Shown one piece after another: positions 1 to 14,762 of a stretch of 64,000 nucleotides of DNA. Both the position numbers and the translations under genes were made by a program. The notes beneath the pieces are model-generated. The model was not told the DNA's origin and ran no database searches. It saw nothing but the letters and a program-made list of their open reading frames with translations. Within the stretch, counting starts at the first letter, position 1; each line of letters opens with the position of its first letter. Location of the stretch: assembly GCF_009931435.1 (NCBI RefSeq), contig NZ_CP043414.1, one strand, 5' to 3'. This DNA is from Escherichia coli. Its GTDB lineage: Bacteria; Pseudomonadota; Gammaproteobacteria; Enterobacterales; Enterobacteriaceae.

Positions 1-9
1 AAACATCCC

Positions 10-1309
10 TTACACTGGTGTGTTCAGCAAATCGTTAACGGCATCAGATGCCGGGTTACCTGCAGCCAGCGGTGCCGGTGCCCCCTGCATCAGACGATCC
101 AGCGCAGTGTCACTGCGCGCCTGTGCACTCTGTGGTGCAGCTGCCAGAATGCGGCGGGCCGTTTCCACGGTCATACCGGGGGTTTCGGCCAGCACGCGTG
201 CCTGTTCTTCGCGTCCGTGAGCCTCCTCACAGTTGAGGATCCCCATAATGCGACTGTTTTCTGCCGCAACCGCTGCGGTGATCTGCGCGTTCACGTCCGG
301 CTGCGCCGCGCTGGCGTTCTCGCCCTCCGTCGCTTGCACCACGCCAGTAACGTCAGCCTGCGAAGCAGTGGCTGAAACAGTTGTTGATTGAGTCTCTTTG
401 GTCATTCGCCCTCCTGAGAGACGGGATTTACGTGCATCCAGTGCATCACGCATGACGGTGATCGCATCGGTACTGTTAACAAGTTCATCAGCCAGTCCGG
501 CATCAATGGCCTCCTGACCGCTGTACACTGCAGCCTCGGTATCCAGCACAGCCTGCACGGACAGGCCGGTATATGCCGACACCTTCTGTGCAAACATCCG
601 GCGGGTTGCATCCATCCGGGACTGCAGTGTTTCCCGGACATCATCCGGTAGATGGCTGTAGGGGTTGCCATCCACCTTATGGCTGCCGCTGTAAATCAGC
701 GTGATTTCCACGCCCTGTTTCTCCAGCGCAGCACCGTAATTACTGTGAGCCATCATGACGCCGATGGAGCCTGTCCGGGCGGTCTGCGTGACCAGACGTC
801 GGGAGGCGGCGCTGGCAAGCAACTGACCTGCACTGCAGTTCATGTCGTTGGCCAGCGCCCATACCGGCTTTATGTCACGCACACGGGCGATGATGTCAGC
901 GCAGTCAAATGCCCCTGCCACCATCCCGCCTGGCGTATCCATATCGAGCAGAATGCCGTCCACCATCGGGTCGCTGGCAGCCTGTTGCAGACGGGCGATA
1001 ATGCCGTTGTAACCGGTCATCCCCGAATACGGCTGCAGCGCCCGTGTCCGGCTGACCAGCGTGCCGGAAACCGGCAGCACGGCGATGCCGTTCATGACCT
1101 GATAACTGCGGGCCTGTCGTGGTCCGTCATCATCAACGGATAACGCCAGCGCCGCGGGTGCCTCTCCGGCAGTCAGGCTGTCGCCGGATACCGCATCCGT
1201 CAGGCGGCTGATCCCAAGCTGGCCTGCAAGCGCACAAAAGAAAACCCGCGCATAGGCGGGTTCAAGCATCAGCGGCTCATTAAAGGCCATACTGGCAATA
1301 TGCGGGAGA

Positions 1310-1329
<20 letters not shown>
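10..1329 (-). CDS. C: Head maturation protease / minor capsid protein C (S49 ClpP-like), with in-frame scaffold Nu3 region
   Basis: Translation matches lambda gpC N-terminus (MTAELRNLPHIASMAFNEPL...) from a GTG start at 1329; the ORF-track ORF extends upstream to 1464. Confidence 0.85.
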
Positions 1330-5010
<3,681 letters not shown>

Positions 5011-5036
<26 letters not shown>

Positions 5037-5556
5037 TCAGCAACCCCGGTATCAGTTCATCCAGCGCGGCTGCTTTGTTCATGGCTTTGATGATATCCCG
5101 TTTCAGGAAATCAACATGTCGGTTTTCCAGTTCCGGAAAACGCCGCTGCACCGACAGGGGGATCCCGTCGAGAATACTGGCAATTTCACCTGCGATCCGC
5201 GACAGCACGAAAGTACAGAATGCGGTTTCCACCACTTCAGCGGAGTCTCTGGCATTTTTCAGCTCCTGTGCGTCGGCCTGCGCACGCGTAAGTCGATGGC
5301 GTTCGTACTCAATAGTCCCTGGCTGGAGATCTGTCTCGCTGGCCTGCCGCAGTTCTTCAACTTCCCGGCGCAGCTTTTCGTTCTCAATTTCAGCATCCCT
5401 TTCGGCATACCATTTTATGACGGCGGCAGAGTCATAAAGCACCTCATTACCCTTGCCACCGCCTCGCAGAACGGGCATTCCCTGTTCCTGCCAGTTCTGA
5501 ATGGTACGGATACTCGCACCGAAAATGTCAGCCAGCTGCTTTTTGTTGACTTCCAT
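5011..5556 (-). CDS. nu1: Terminase small subunit (Nu1 homolog)
   Basis: 181 aa ORF starting MEVNKKQLADIFGASIRTIQNWQEQG (HTH), lambda Nu1-like; immediately downstream of cos. Confidence 0.9.
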
Positions 5557-5745
5557 TGCTCATTCCACGGACAAAAACAGAGAAAGGAAACGACAGAGGC
5601 CAAAAAGCTCGCTTTCAGCACCTGTCGTTTCCTTTCTTTTCAGGGGGTATTTTAAATAAATACATTAAGTTACGACGAAGAAGAACGGAAACACCTTAAA
5701 CCGGAAAATTTTCATAAATAGCGAAAACCCGCGAGGTCGCCGCCC
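5557..5745. other. cos site: cosB region plus cosN 12-nt cohesive-end sequence (aggtcgccgccc at 5734-5745, reverse complement of GGGCGGCGACCT)
   Basis: Sequence 5701-5745 is the reverse complement of the lambda left end; 5746-5766 matches the lambda right end. Confidence 0.85.
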
Positions 5746-5944
5746 CGTAACCTGTCGGATCGCCGGAAAGGACCCACAAAATGATAATAATTATCATCTA
5801 CATGTCACAACGTGCATCTACGCCATCAAACCACGTCAAATAATCAATTATGACGCAGGTATCGTATTAATTGATCTGCATCAACTTAACGTAAAAACAA
5901 CTTCAGACAATACAAATCAGCGACACTGAATACGGGGCAACCTC

Positions 5945-6139
5945 ATGTCAACGAAGAACAGAACCCGCAGAACAACAACCCGCAACATCCGCTTTCCTAA
6001 CCAAATGATTGAACAAATTAACATCGCTCTTGAGCAAAAAGGGTCCGGGAATTTCTCAGCCTGGGTCATTGAAGCCTGCCGTCGGAGGCTAACGTCAGAA
6101 AAGAGAGCATATACATCAATTAAAAGTGATGAAGAATGA
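5945..6139 (+). CDS. ylcI: Small RHH-like protein (YlcI / DUF3950 family), lambda right-end ORF
   Basis: 64 aa ORF adjacent to cos, basic N-terminus; resembles recalled YlcI. Confidence 0.6.
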   Translation: MSTKNRTRRTTTRNIRFPNQMIEQINIALEQKGSGNFSAWVIEACRRRLTSEKRAYTSIKSDEE

Positions 6140-6303
6140 ACATCCCGCGTTCTTCCCTCCGAACAGGACGATATTGTAAATTCACTTAATTACGAGGGCA
6201 TTGCAGTAATTGAGTTGCAGTTTTACCACTTTCCTGACAGTGACAGACTGCGTGTTGGCTCTGTCACAGGTTAAGTAGTTTGAATGATTAGCAGTTATGG
6301 TGA

Positions 6304-6510
6304 TCAGTCAACCACCAGGGAATAATCCTTCATATTATTATCGTGCTTCACCAACGCTGCCTCAATTGCCCTGAATGCTTCCAGAGACACCTTATGTTCT
6401 ATACATGCAATTACAACATCAGGGTAACTCATAGAAATGATGCTATTAAGCATATTTTTTACACGAATCAGATCCACGGAGGGATCATCAGCAGATTGTT
6501 CTTTATTCAT
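6304..6510 (-). CDS. ybcW: Hypothetical prophage protein (YbcW-like)
   Basis: 68 aa ORF, AT-rich, in the K-12 DLP12 ybcW position. Confidence 0.5.
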   Translation of the reverse strand: MNKEQSADDPSVDLIRVKNMLNSIISMSYPDVVIACIEHKVSLEAFRAIEAALVKHDNNMKDYSLVVD

Positions 6511-6795
6511 TTTGTCGCTCCATGCGCTTGCTCTTCATCTAGCGGTTAAAATATTACTTCAAATCTTTCTGTATGAAGGTTTGAGCACGTTGGCCTTACA
6601 TACATCTGTCGGTTGTATTTCCCTCCAGAATGCCAGCAGGACCGCACTTTGTTACGCAACCAATACTATTAATTGAAAACATTCCTAATATTTGACATAA
6701 ATCATCAACAAAACACAAAGAGGTCAGACCAGATTGAAGCGATAAAAACGATAATGCAAACTACGCGCCCTCGTATCACATGGAAGGTTTTACCA

Positions 6796-7206
6796 ATGGC
6801 TCAGGTTGCCATTTTTAAAGAAATATTCGATCAAGTGCGAAAAGATTTAAACTGTGAATTGTTTTATTCTGAACTAAAACGTCACAATGTCTCACATTAT
6901 ATTTACTATCTAGCCACAGATAATATTCACATTGTGTTAGAAAACGATAACACCGTGTTAATAAAAGGACTTAAAAAGGTTGTAAATGTTAAATTCTCAA
7001 GAAATACGCATCTTATAGAAACGTCCTATGATAGGTTGAAATCAAGAGAAATCACATTTCAGCAATACAGGGAAAATCTTGCTAAAGCAGGAGTTTTCCG
7101 ATGGATTACAAATATCCACGAACATAAAAGATATTACTATACCTTTGATAATTCATTACTATTTACTGAGAGCATTCAGAACACTACACAAATCTTTCCA
7201 CGCTAA
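6796..7206 (+). CDS. ybcV: DUF1398-family prophage protein (YbcV-like)
   Basis: 136 aa from the internal ATG preceded by GGAAGG; the track ORF starts at 6673. Confidence 0.55.
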   Translation: MAQVAIFKEIFDQVRKDLNCELFYSELKRHNVSHYIYYLATDNIHIVLENDNTVLIKGLKKVVNVKFSRNTHLIETSYDRLKSREITFQQYRENLAKAGVFRWITNIHEHKRYYYTFDNSLLFTESIQNTTQIFPR

Positions 7207-7496
7207 ATCATAACGTCCGGTTTCTTCCGTGTCAGCACCGGGGTGTTGGCATAATACAATACATGTACGCGCTAAACCCTGTGTGCATCGTTTTTAATTA
7301 TTCCCGGACACTCCCGCAGAGAAGTTCCCCGTCAGGGCTGTGGACATAGTTAATCCGGGAATACAATGACGATTCATCGCACCTGGCATACATTAATAAA
7401 TATTAACAATATGAAATTTCAACTCATTGTTTAGGGTTTGTTTAATTTTCTACACATACGATTCTGCGAACTTCAAAAAGCATCGGGAATAACACC

Positions 7497-7790
7497 ATGA
7501 AAAAAATGCTACTCGCTACTGCGCTGGCCCTGCTTATTACAGGATGTGCTCAACAGACATTTACTGTTCAAAACAAACAGACAGCAGTAGCACCAAAGGA
7601 AACCATCACCCATCATTTCTTCGTTTCTGGAATTGGGCAGAAGAAAACTGTCGATGCAGCTAAAATTTGTGGCGGCGCAGAAAATGTTGTTAAAACAGAA
7701 ACCCAGCAAACATTCGTAAATGGATTGCTCGGTTTTATTACTTTAGGCATTTATACTCCGCTGGAAGCGCGTGTGTATTGCTCAAAATAA
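7497..7790 (+). CDS. bor: Bor lipoprotein (serum-resistance outer-membrane lipoprotein)
   Basis: 97 aa, MKKMLLATALALLITGCAQQ lipobox, near-identical to lambda Bor. Confidence 0.95.
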   Translation: MKKMLLATALALLITGCAQQTFTVQNKQTAVAPKETITHHFFVSGIGQKKTVDAAKICGGAENVVKTETQQTFVNGLLGFITLGIYTPLEARVYCSK

Positions 7791-7821
7791 TTGCATGAGT
7801 TGCCCATCGATATGGTCAGCT

Positions 7822-8295
7822 CTATCTGCACTGCTCATTAATATACTTCTGGGTTCCTTCCAGTTGTTTTTGCATAGTGATCAGCCTCTCTCTGAGGGTG
7901 AAATAATCCCGTTCAGCGGTGTCTGCCAGTCGGGGGGAGGCTGCATTATCCACGCCGGAGGCCGTGGTGGCTTCACGCACTGACTGACAGACTGCTTTGA
8001 TGTGCAACCGACGACGACCAGCGGCAACATCATCACGCAGAGCATCATTTTCAGCTTTCGCATCAGCTAACTCCTTCGTGTATTTTGCATCGAGCGCAGC
8101 AACATCACGCTGACGCATCTGCATGTCAGTAATTGCCGCGTTCGCTAGCTTCAGTTCTCTGGCATTTTTGTCGCGCTGGACTTTGTAGGCGATTGCGTTA
8201 TCACGGTAATGATTGACCGCCCATGACAGGCTGACGATGATGCAGATAATCAGAGCGGATATAATCGCGGTTACTCTGCTCACTGTTGCCCCCAC
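7822..8295 (-). CDS. rzpD: Spanin, inner-membrane subunit (Rz)
   Basis: 157 aa, matches lambda Rz over its length. Confidence 0.9.
7881..8063 (-). CDS. rzoD: Spanin, outer-membrane lipoprotein subunit (Rz1), embedded in the +1 frame of Rz
   Basis: 60 aa ORF wholly inside Rz; lipobox VVGCTS; proline-rich C-terminus. Confidence 0.85.
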   Translation of the reverse strand: MRKLKMMLCVMMLPLVVVGCTSKQSVSQCVKPPRPPAWIMQPPPDWQTPLNGIISPSERG

Positions 8296-8777
8296 AAACA
8301 GACTTCACGCTCAATCTCACGACGAGTCATCAGGCCTTTCCATTGCTTACCGCCAGCGTATGTCCAGCGACGCAGCTGATCACATGCGCCTTTGATATCG
8401 CCCTGGTTTATTTTGCGAAGAAGCGTCGATGTTCTAAAATTGCCAGCACCCACGTTGTAAACGAATGAGTAAAGAGCGCCGCGCGTTGTTTCCGGTATAT
8501 CGACTTTGATATACGGGTTAATTTGTCTGGCGACAGTGGCAAGGTCTTTATTCAAGAGTGCTTTGCATTCTGCTTTGGTATACGTTTTACCGAGCATGAT
8601 GTCTTTTCCGGTGTGTCCGTGACATACAGTCCATACACCAACAATATCTTTGTATGGTATGTAGCTGACACCTTCCAGACCATCGTTACCACTTGGGCCA
8701 GTGATTAACACTGATGCTATAGCAATTGCTCCGCCACCAATAGCAGCAGCAACGGCTTTTCGTAATGATGGAGGCAT
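8280..8777 (-). CDS. rrrD: SAR endolysin (T4-lysozyme-like, GH24) with N-terminal signal-anchor-release domain
   Basis: 165 aa; Gly/Ala-rich hydrophobic N-terminus followed by a lysozyme-like domain; phage 21 R / RrrD-like. Confidence 0.9.
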
Positions 8778-8992
8778 TATTCACCTCTCGCAGCCTTGCG
8801 CTTATCTTCTTTAATCTTGAAATAAAGGTTTGTCAGGTACGTCAGCAGGCCAAATACCAGGCTACCCAGCACACCTATTGCTGCCCACTGTGAGGGAGTG
8901 ACTTTATCTAGCAGCTGTAAAAACCAGTACCCGGCACTACCTGCTGAGGTGCCATAGGCGACACCCGTTGTTAACTTATCCATGGATTTCAT
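8777..8992 (-). CDS. essD: Pinholin (S21-type holin)
   Basis: 71 aa with two TMDs, immediately upstream of the SAR endolysin. Confidence 0.85.
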
Positions 8993-9115
8993 AACCCCAC
9001 CTCGCAGACAAAGCGGGTGTAAATTGAGGGAATACTACGAAACGTAACAGACTCGGAGTCAGTGAATAACTCAGGTATTGGGTTATCAGCTAATATCGAG
9101 ACTCAAAAAATGGAA

Positions 9116-9137
9116 AAACCCGCTCGACGGCGGGTTT
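9116..9137 (-). terminator. Candidate intrinsic terminator on the minus strand between the porin promoter region and the holin gene
   Basis: 8-bp GC-rich stem (aaacccgc / gcgggttt) followed by a U-rich tract on the minus strand. Confidence 0.3.
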
Positions 9138-9564
9138 AAGCTGTGTGACGAAGTAACCACTCTTAACAGCATAACCAATTTTTTACGTACGTAAACCACT
9201 AAATGATATTTGAGAGAATGCTACCGAGTATTGAAAACACCACTACAAATACATAAGCAAATCTCAACAAATAACCAAAAAATAATTTCCAGTGTTATTT
9301 TTAGCCGGTTTAAATTGAACCTTCAAATTATAGAACACTTATAAATAACAGCCGTTAATATAAATTGGCTAATAGATTTATTTTTATTCAGCCAAGAGCC
9401 ATGAATAGGATTCGATAGAAAAAAGTTCAGATAAAAATAGAGATCTACTTCACAAATCAAACGAGAAACCAAAACTTACATCTTGAAATAATCACATTGA
9501 TTAGATGAATATTTATCGCGCAGTGACATCATTTTTTAATAATAGTTCAAAAAAAGGGCTCACG

Positions 9565-10662
9565 ATGAAAAAATTAACAGTGGCAATTTCTGCTGTAGCT
9601 GCATCAGTACTGATGGCGATGTCTGCTCAGGCAGCTGAAATTTATAATAAAGACAGTAACAAGCTGGATCTGTACGGGAAAGTTAATGCTAAGCACTACT
9701 TCTCCTCTAATGATGCAGATGATGGTGATACTACTTATGCCCGTCTTGGCTTCAAAGGTGAAACCCAAATCAACGATCAACTGACTGGTTTCGGTCAGTG
9801 GGAATATGAATTCAAAGGCAACCGCGCTGAATCTCAAGGTTCCTCCAAAGATAAAACCCGTCTTGCCTTCGCTGGCCTGAAATTCGGTGACTACGGCTCC
9901 ATCGATTACGGCCGTAACTACGGTGTAGCATACGACATCGGTGCGTGGACTGACGTCCTGCCAGAATTCGGTGGTGACACTTGGACTCAAACCGACGTGT
10001 TCATGACTCAACGTGCAACTGGTGTTGCAACCTATCGTAACAACGACTTCTTTGGTCTGGTTGATGGTCTGAACTTTGCTGCTCAGTACCAAGGCAAAAA
10101 CGATCGTAGCGATTTCGATAACTACACTGAAGGTAACGGTGATGGCTTCGGTTTCTCTGCTACCTATGAATACGAAGGATTCGGTATCGGTGCAACTTAT
10201 GCGAAATCTGATCGTACCGACACTCAAGTTAATGCAGGGAAAGTTCTTCCTGAAGTATTTGCTTCCGGTAAAAATGCAGAAGTTTGGGCCGCAGGTCTGA
10301 AATATGACGCTAACAACATTTACCTGGCCACTACCTATTCTGAAACCCAGAATATGACTGTATTTGCTGATCACTTCGTTGCTAATAAAGCCCAAAACTT
10401 CGAAGCTGTTGCACAATATCAGTTCGATTTCGGTCTGCGTCCGTCCGTTGCTTACCTGCAATCTAAAGGTAAGGATCTTGGAGTATGGGGCGATCAGGAC
10501 TTAGTCAAATATGTTGATGTAGGTGCAACCTATTACTTCAACAAAAATATGTCTACTTTCGTTGATTACAAAATCAACCTGCTTGACAAAAATGACTTCA
10601 CTAAAGCACTCGGTGTAAGCACTGATGACATCGTTGCTGTAGGTCTGGTTTACCAGTTCTAA
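9565..10662 (+). CDS. nmpC: Phage-encoded OmpC/OmpF-family general porin (NmpC-like), intact
   Basis: Signal peptide [24 protein letters not shown]-terminal ...VGLVYQF; AGGG SD upstream; no IS interruption. Confidence 0.9.
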   Translation: MKKLTVAISAVAASVLMAMSAQAAEIYNKDSNKLDLYGKVNAKHYFSSNDADDGDTTYARLGFKGETQINDQLTGFGQWEYEFKGNRAESQGSSKDKTRLAFAGLKFGDYGSIDYGRNYGVAYDIGAWTDVLPEFGGDTWTQTDVFMTQRATGVATYRNNDFFGLVDGLNFAAQYQGKNDRSDFDNYTEGNGDGFGFSATYEYEGFGIGATYAKSDRTDTQVNAGKVLPEVFASGKNAEVWAAGLKYDANNIYLATTYSETQNMTVFADHFVANKAQNFEAVAQYQFDFGLRPSVAYLQSKGKDLGVWGDQDLVKYVDVGATYYFNKNMSTFVDYKINLLDKNDFTKALGVSTDDIVAVGLVYQF

Positions 10663-10800
10663 TCTGATTACGAAAAAGATATGTTGCGGGAGGCGTTGCC
10701 TCCCCAACATATAAGTGGCTCCCTCAAGCCACTTCCTTTAGAAGCACAACCTTGCTTCTAACTATATAAACCTTCTGTTATATATTACCCTTTATTTTTG

Positions 10801-10824
10801 GGGGCGTCTCAACGCCCCATTTTT
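10801..10824 (+). terminator. Rho-independent terminator downstream of the porin gene
   Basis: ggggcg / cgcccc stem followed by a U-rich run. Confidence 0.5.
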
Positions 10825-10851
10825 AATAATTTTTAGTAAACAATTGGCATA

Positions 10852-11235
10852 TTAATTAGAGTTATTAACAACGATATCCATCTCTAACCGGATATCTAAT
10901 GCCATTAACATCCCTTCAATTATGCCCTCAGCCTTCTGTAACCTTTTCCCGATATAACCATCAGAGCAGCAATGCTTACCTGCCAGTGACATGAATGTCA
11001 TACCGACTACATAATAATCTACTAATAAATCGTGCAAATCGCTGTTGTTCTTTTTCAGACGGGCCATGCACCCGCAAATGATCATCGCGTCATCGTCACA
11101 ACATTGCGGGCGAGATTTTACTTTTGAAGTAATTAATCCCTTAAAACCGGCGGCAATGGACGACCAGGTCACATCTTCATGATTATTAGCCGCCCACGCT
11201 CCCCAACGCTCAAGAACCATCTGAATATCACGCAT
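10852..11235 (-). CDS. quuD: Late-gene antiterminator Q (phage 82 / QuuD type)
   Basis: 127 aa from [14 protein letters not shown]; Cys-rich zinc-binding region. Confidence 0.8.
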   Translation of the reverse strand: MRDIQMVLERWGAWAANNHEDVTWSSIAAGFKGLITSKVKSRPQCCDDDAMIICGCMARLKKNNSDLHDLLVDYYVVGMTFMSLAGKHCCSDGYIGKRLQKAEGIIEGMLMALDIRLEMDIVVNNSN

Positions 11236-11320
11236 CAACTTACTCCACAAAAATCAGACCAGAACGCCAATTACAAGCAAAAATCAACAAAACAGTATTA
11301 GTTGATTGTTATCTCTGACT

Positions 11321-11458
11321 TCATACTCCTGCTCCTGTCAGGGTTTTGGCGTAATTCTTCAGTATTCGGTAATCGGTCAAAACAGAACCGGGGAAACGAT
11401 ATAAGCGCAGACGCCCCCAGCGGTGGCGAAGAAGTTCTGCCATATTAAACTCAAACAT
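11321..11458 (-). CDS. ylcG: Small prophage protein YlcG-like
   Basis: 45 aa ORF ([22 protein letters not shown]...) not in the ORF track; start overlaps the rusA stop (TGATG). Confidence 0.55.
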   Translation of the reverse strand: MFEFNMAELLRHRWGRLRLYRFPGSVLTDYRILKNYAKTLTGAGV

Positions 11459-11820
11459 CATTCATTCCCCATTTCGGTGATGGTCAGTTCCAGCCTCCCA
11501 CCTTTGGTAACAGGCATCTTCACAACGCGGTAATCAACGACCTGAGCATCATCCAGCCAGAAACCTGCTTTAGTGAGTGCGTCAAAAGCGGCTTTTTGCA
11601 GATTATCCAGGTCACGGCGACGGCGATCCGGCATGTGGCACTCAATGCGGATTTTCACAGGCATAGCCAGGCCGATATCCAGCATTGCGTTTTTAATGAT
11701 TCGGGCGACGTTATCGCGGTATGCCTGCCCCTCTGCGCTGACGTGCGTGCGCCCGCGATTATGGCGGTAATAGCGATTATTGCTCGGAGGCCAGGGTAAT
11801 GTGATGCTGTAGGTATTCAC
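11458..11820 (-). CDS. rusA: Holliday junction resolvase RusA
   Basis: 120 aa, recalled RusA homology. Confidence 0.9.
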   Translation of the reverse strand: MNTYSITLPWPPSNNRYYRHNRGRTHVSAEGQAYRDNVARIIKNAMLDIGLAMPVKIRIECHMPDRRRRDLDNLQKAAFDALTKAGFWLDDAQVVDYRVVKMPVTKGGRLELTITEMGNE

Positions 11821-12107
11821 GCCTTAATAACCCCCTCTTTCAGCCAGATAACCTGTGTTCTCGCCATACCTTCCAGCGCGCATTCTTTTGCATATCCAGC
11901 GTCAACAAAATGCGTGCGGCGGTCGATTTCGTCGTGGCAGGCAGAACATGCAATGGTGGCAATCAGGTCTGGCGGTTTCGTACCGGTGCCGCACAATCCA
12001 GTCAGCCGGATATGTGCCAGTACAGACGTTTCAGGGTTGCCATTACATACGCCAGGGATTCTTACCTGGCATTCCCGACCACGCGCTGCTTTTCTCAAAT
12101 CAGCCAT
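11817..12107 (-). CDS. ybcO: DUF1364-family putative nuclease (YbcO-like)
   Basis: 96 aa from [23 protein letters not shown]; Cys-rich. Confidence 0.75.
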   Translation of the reverse strand: MADLRKAARGRECQVRIPGVCNGNPETSVLAHIRLTGLCGTGTKPPDLIATIACSACHDEIDRRTHFVDAGYAKECALEGMARTQVIWLKEGVIKA

Positions 12108-12270
12108 GACTCCTCCTTGCTGCCAGTCGCAACCATTTTTTATCAACCAAGCTGGCGGTATATCCGAGCAGTGTTGGTATTTCGGATGGCTTCAGCTCAG
12201 GTTTACGCTTACGACGATTTGGTACTCTGTAGATGTGTCCGTTCATGACACGAATAAGCGGTGTAGCCAT
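12100..12270 (-). CDS. ninE: NinE protein
   Basis: 56 aa from [27 protein letters not shown]. Confidence 0.75.
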   Translation of the reverse strand: MATPLIRVMNGHIYRVPNRRKRKPELKPSEIPTLLGYTASLVDKKWLRLAARRSHG

Positions 12271-12725
12271 TACGCCTCCTGCTTGTCGCGCAGCAGCTGG
12301 AACTCGCAGCTCTGTGGAATAGTCAGGTGGCAACCAATATTCATCGCCCAGGCTTCAACCTTACACAGGAAGACATACATCTCTCCGGTATCAAGATCGG
12401 AGGTATGGCGTAACGACTGGATAGTGGTGATATCACCGGTTACGACATCAACCAGGTCTTTGGTTTCATAACCGAGATATGTGTGTTTGAGAGCATCTTT
12501 TACCCAAGCTGGAGTGGCGAACGTTTTACCCCTGCTGATGAGGTATTCACTGATTTCGCTGTACCACATGTGGCTGAGTGCATTCTGGGAAAGACTGCGT
12601 TTCTCACGCCACGGTTTAAGCACCATGCGAAAGCATTTGCCCTCCTCCAGATAAGGCTGGATCTGCCGACCGATAGCGGTGAAGTTGCCGCGATGTAATT
12701 TGATGCCGTCTTGTGAGAGGTTCAC
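12270..12725 (-). CDS. ybcN: NinB/YbcN-family DNA-binding protein
   Basis: 151 aa, in the nin-region position. Confidence 0.7.
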
Positions 12726-12939
12726 GCTTCCCCTCCGCAGAGGTCAAACGCTAGATGCAAAGAATTGCAGGTGCATTTCTGCATCTGTGAAGGGAGAAGA
12801 GAGTTTGGATTGTATGTGCGCATAAACGTCCCCGTTTAGCGCAGAAGTCACCGGAGTTGTTCAGGCTCCGGTGACATAATTATGCCGTGTTGATTTCCCA
12901 AAATCAAAATCGATAGAATTGCTCCTTCTTAAAACACTT

Positions 12940-13737
12940 TTACTCTCTGGAAGCTTTTCTTATCTCTCTTGGTGTTATATTAAAACGATTATGAAATCTT
13001 TCAGTAAAACGAGAAGGACACTTATAACCATTTTCTCTGGCAATCTCGCTTATAGGTTTTACCGTCGTTTGTATAGCAGACAACGCATTATTTAACCTCA
13101 CATCGTCCAGTATACTTTGGAAACTTACCCCCTCGCTTGCTAGACGGCGATGTAATGTAGAAACAGAAATGTAGAGATATCGAGCAACCTTGTTTGCTGT
13201 CCATTTTGTGCCGGGTTCGGATAGCAGCAGGTTATAACAACGACTTATCAATGATTGTTTACTATATGATAAAAGTAAATGATTAACATGATTCACTCCT
13301 AACGAAAGTAGAACGCCCATTGCTAAGTGCTCCTGAATTTTAGTTGAGAAGCCTCGGGAAACAGATGTTTTTAGTTGCTCCCAACAATATATTAACTCAG
13401 GATTCTGAGGTAAAAAGAAACTTGTTTTGTTACGTATTTGATCAGTTACCGTATAAAGTTTTTGGAAACTCTCAATTAAATCAATGGGTAAGTAAAGCAT
13501 TTCTGCAAGATAAAGCCCTGCTTCAGGATAATTCTCAATATAAAATTCATAACCACAAGGAAATAATATTATTTGATTATTATCAACAGTTAAAGTATGC
13601 GTCTCCCAATTGATAACTTTCTTTCCCTGACGGATACGACACAAAGCTGGCATAAGAGGCTTAACCCTATGAATCTCATGATGTTTATGCATCCGTATTT
13701 CTTCGATCTTTAAGTTAGTCTTACCTCTTGCCAGCAT
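12940..13737 (-). CDS. ybcM: AraC-family transcriptional regulator (YbcM-like)
   Basis: 265 aa; C-terminal AraC HTH; AT-rich codon usage. Confidence 0.8.
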
Positions 13738-13746
13738 ACTCTCACC

Positions 13747-14298
13747 CTACTTTATCTCATAAACTGGTGTTATCTCAGCGGTTGCGATTTTATTAGCATT
13801 AAGCATATAACCAACTAACGCTCCGCTGGAGTTAGAATCTACAGGAATCTTTTCAGTTTTTAGAGCCCATACTTTAAACTGGTAATGATGTGGTTTATCT
13901 CCTTTAGGAGGACATGCGCCACCAAACCCAGCATAGCCAAAATCATTTCGGCCTTGAACAGCACCAGTCGGCAGTTTTGTTCCATCACGTCTCCCTGCAT
14001 CAACGGGCAAATATGTTACTGTTGCTGGAATATTAACAACAGTCCAATGCCACCAACCACTGCCTGTAGGTGCATCTGGATCATATACAGTTACGGCAAA
14101 GCTTTTGGTACCTTCAGGAACACCAGACCAGGTTAATGAGGGCGATGTATTACCACCTTCACACCCAAATCCAGAAAAGACATGAGACGTTGTAAGTTGC
14201 TCTCCTGTTTTTATTTCATTACTAGTGACCTGAAATGCTGCAGCCTGCGCAGAAAATGTTATGAATGCCAATACAGTTGAAACGATAAGTGTTTTCAT
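13747..14298 (-). CDS. ybcL: Periplasmic PEBP/YbhB-family protein (YbcL-like)
   Basis: 183 aa with signal peptide MKTLIVSTVLAFITFSAQAAA. Confidence 0.8.
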   Translation of the reverse strand: MKTLIVSTVLAFITFSAQAAAFQVTSNEIKTGEQLTTSHVFSGFGCEGGNTSPSLTWSGVPEGTKSFAVTVYDPDAPTGSGWWHWTVVNIPATVTYLPVDAGRRDGTKLPTGAVQGRNDFGYAGFGGACPPKGDKPHHYQFKVWALKTEKIPVDSNSSGALVGYMLNANKIATAEITPVYEIK

Positions 14299-14514
14299 AA
14301 AAACCTCTTTGTTATGACCTATCGTTATTTTATTTGATATTCCTTTATCTCATTATGCATAAAGGCGCAATGTTCATGCAAAAGCAATCACAATTGTACC
14401 CCCAACCCAATTATTTGCCACAATATACACAAAGCACATTGATACTATCTAAAAACTCTGCTTTATTATTAGTAACACCTACGAAAGTCGGTGTTATTTT
14501 TTAACCTACCATTC

Positions 14515-14564
14515 AAAATACGTGACATACACCATTTTGCTCATAATAATTTGTCACGTATTTT
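14515..14564. repeat. Perfect 13-bp inverted repeat (aaaatacgtgaca ... tgtcacgtatttt) with 24-bp spacer, between ybcK and ybcL
   Basis: Read directly from sequence. Confidence 0.8.
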
Positions 14565-14762
14565 CAGTATTTGAATCTGCGACCAAGAGTTCTCACCTAA
14601 CAAATGATTAAGATTGTATAGCTCATTTACTACCCCAATACAGCCGTACAAAACTCGCTTGTGGGAGCAAACAAAGTAATTACCCATTAAGTTTCGTCAA
14701 AGATAATTAATTCTGTCTTGCACTTTATCACCATAGCATAACTTAAAATCCGAGATCATTAT

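Noticed and set aside
9604-10461. 285-aa minus-strand ORF inside the porin gene
   Set aside because: Antisense shadow ORF within a well-supported porin CDS; no start context
9565-10662. Looked for an IS element interrupting the porin gene or elsewhere in the prophage
   Set aside because: Porin ORF is continuous and no transposase ORF or terminal inverted repeats were seen in the window
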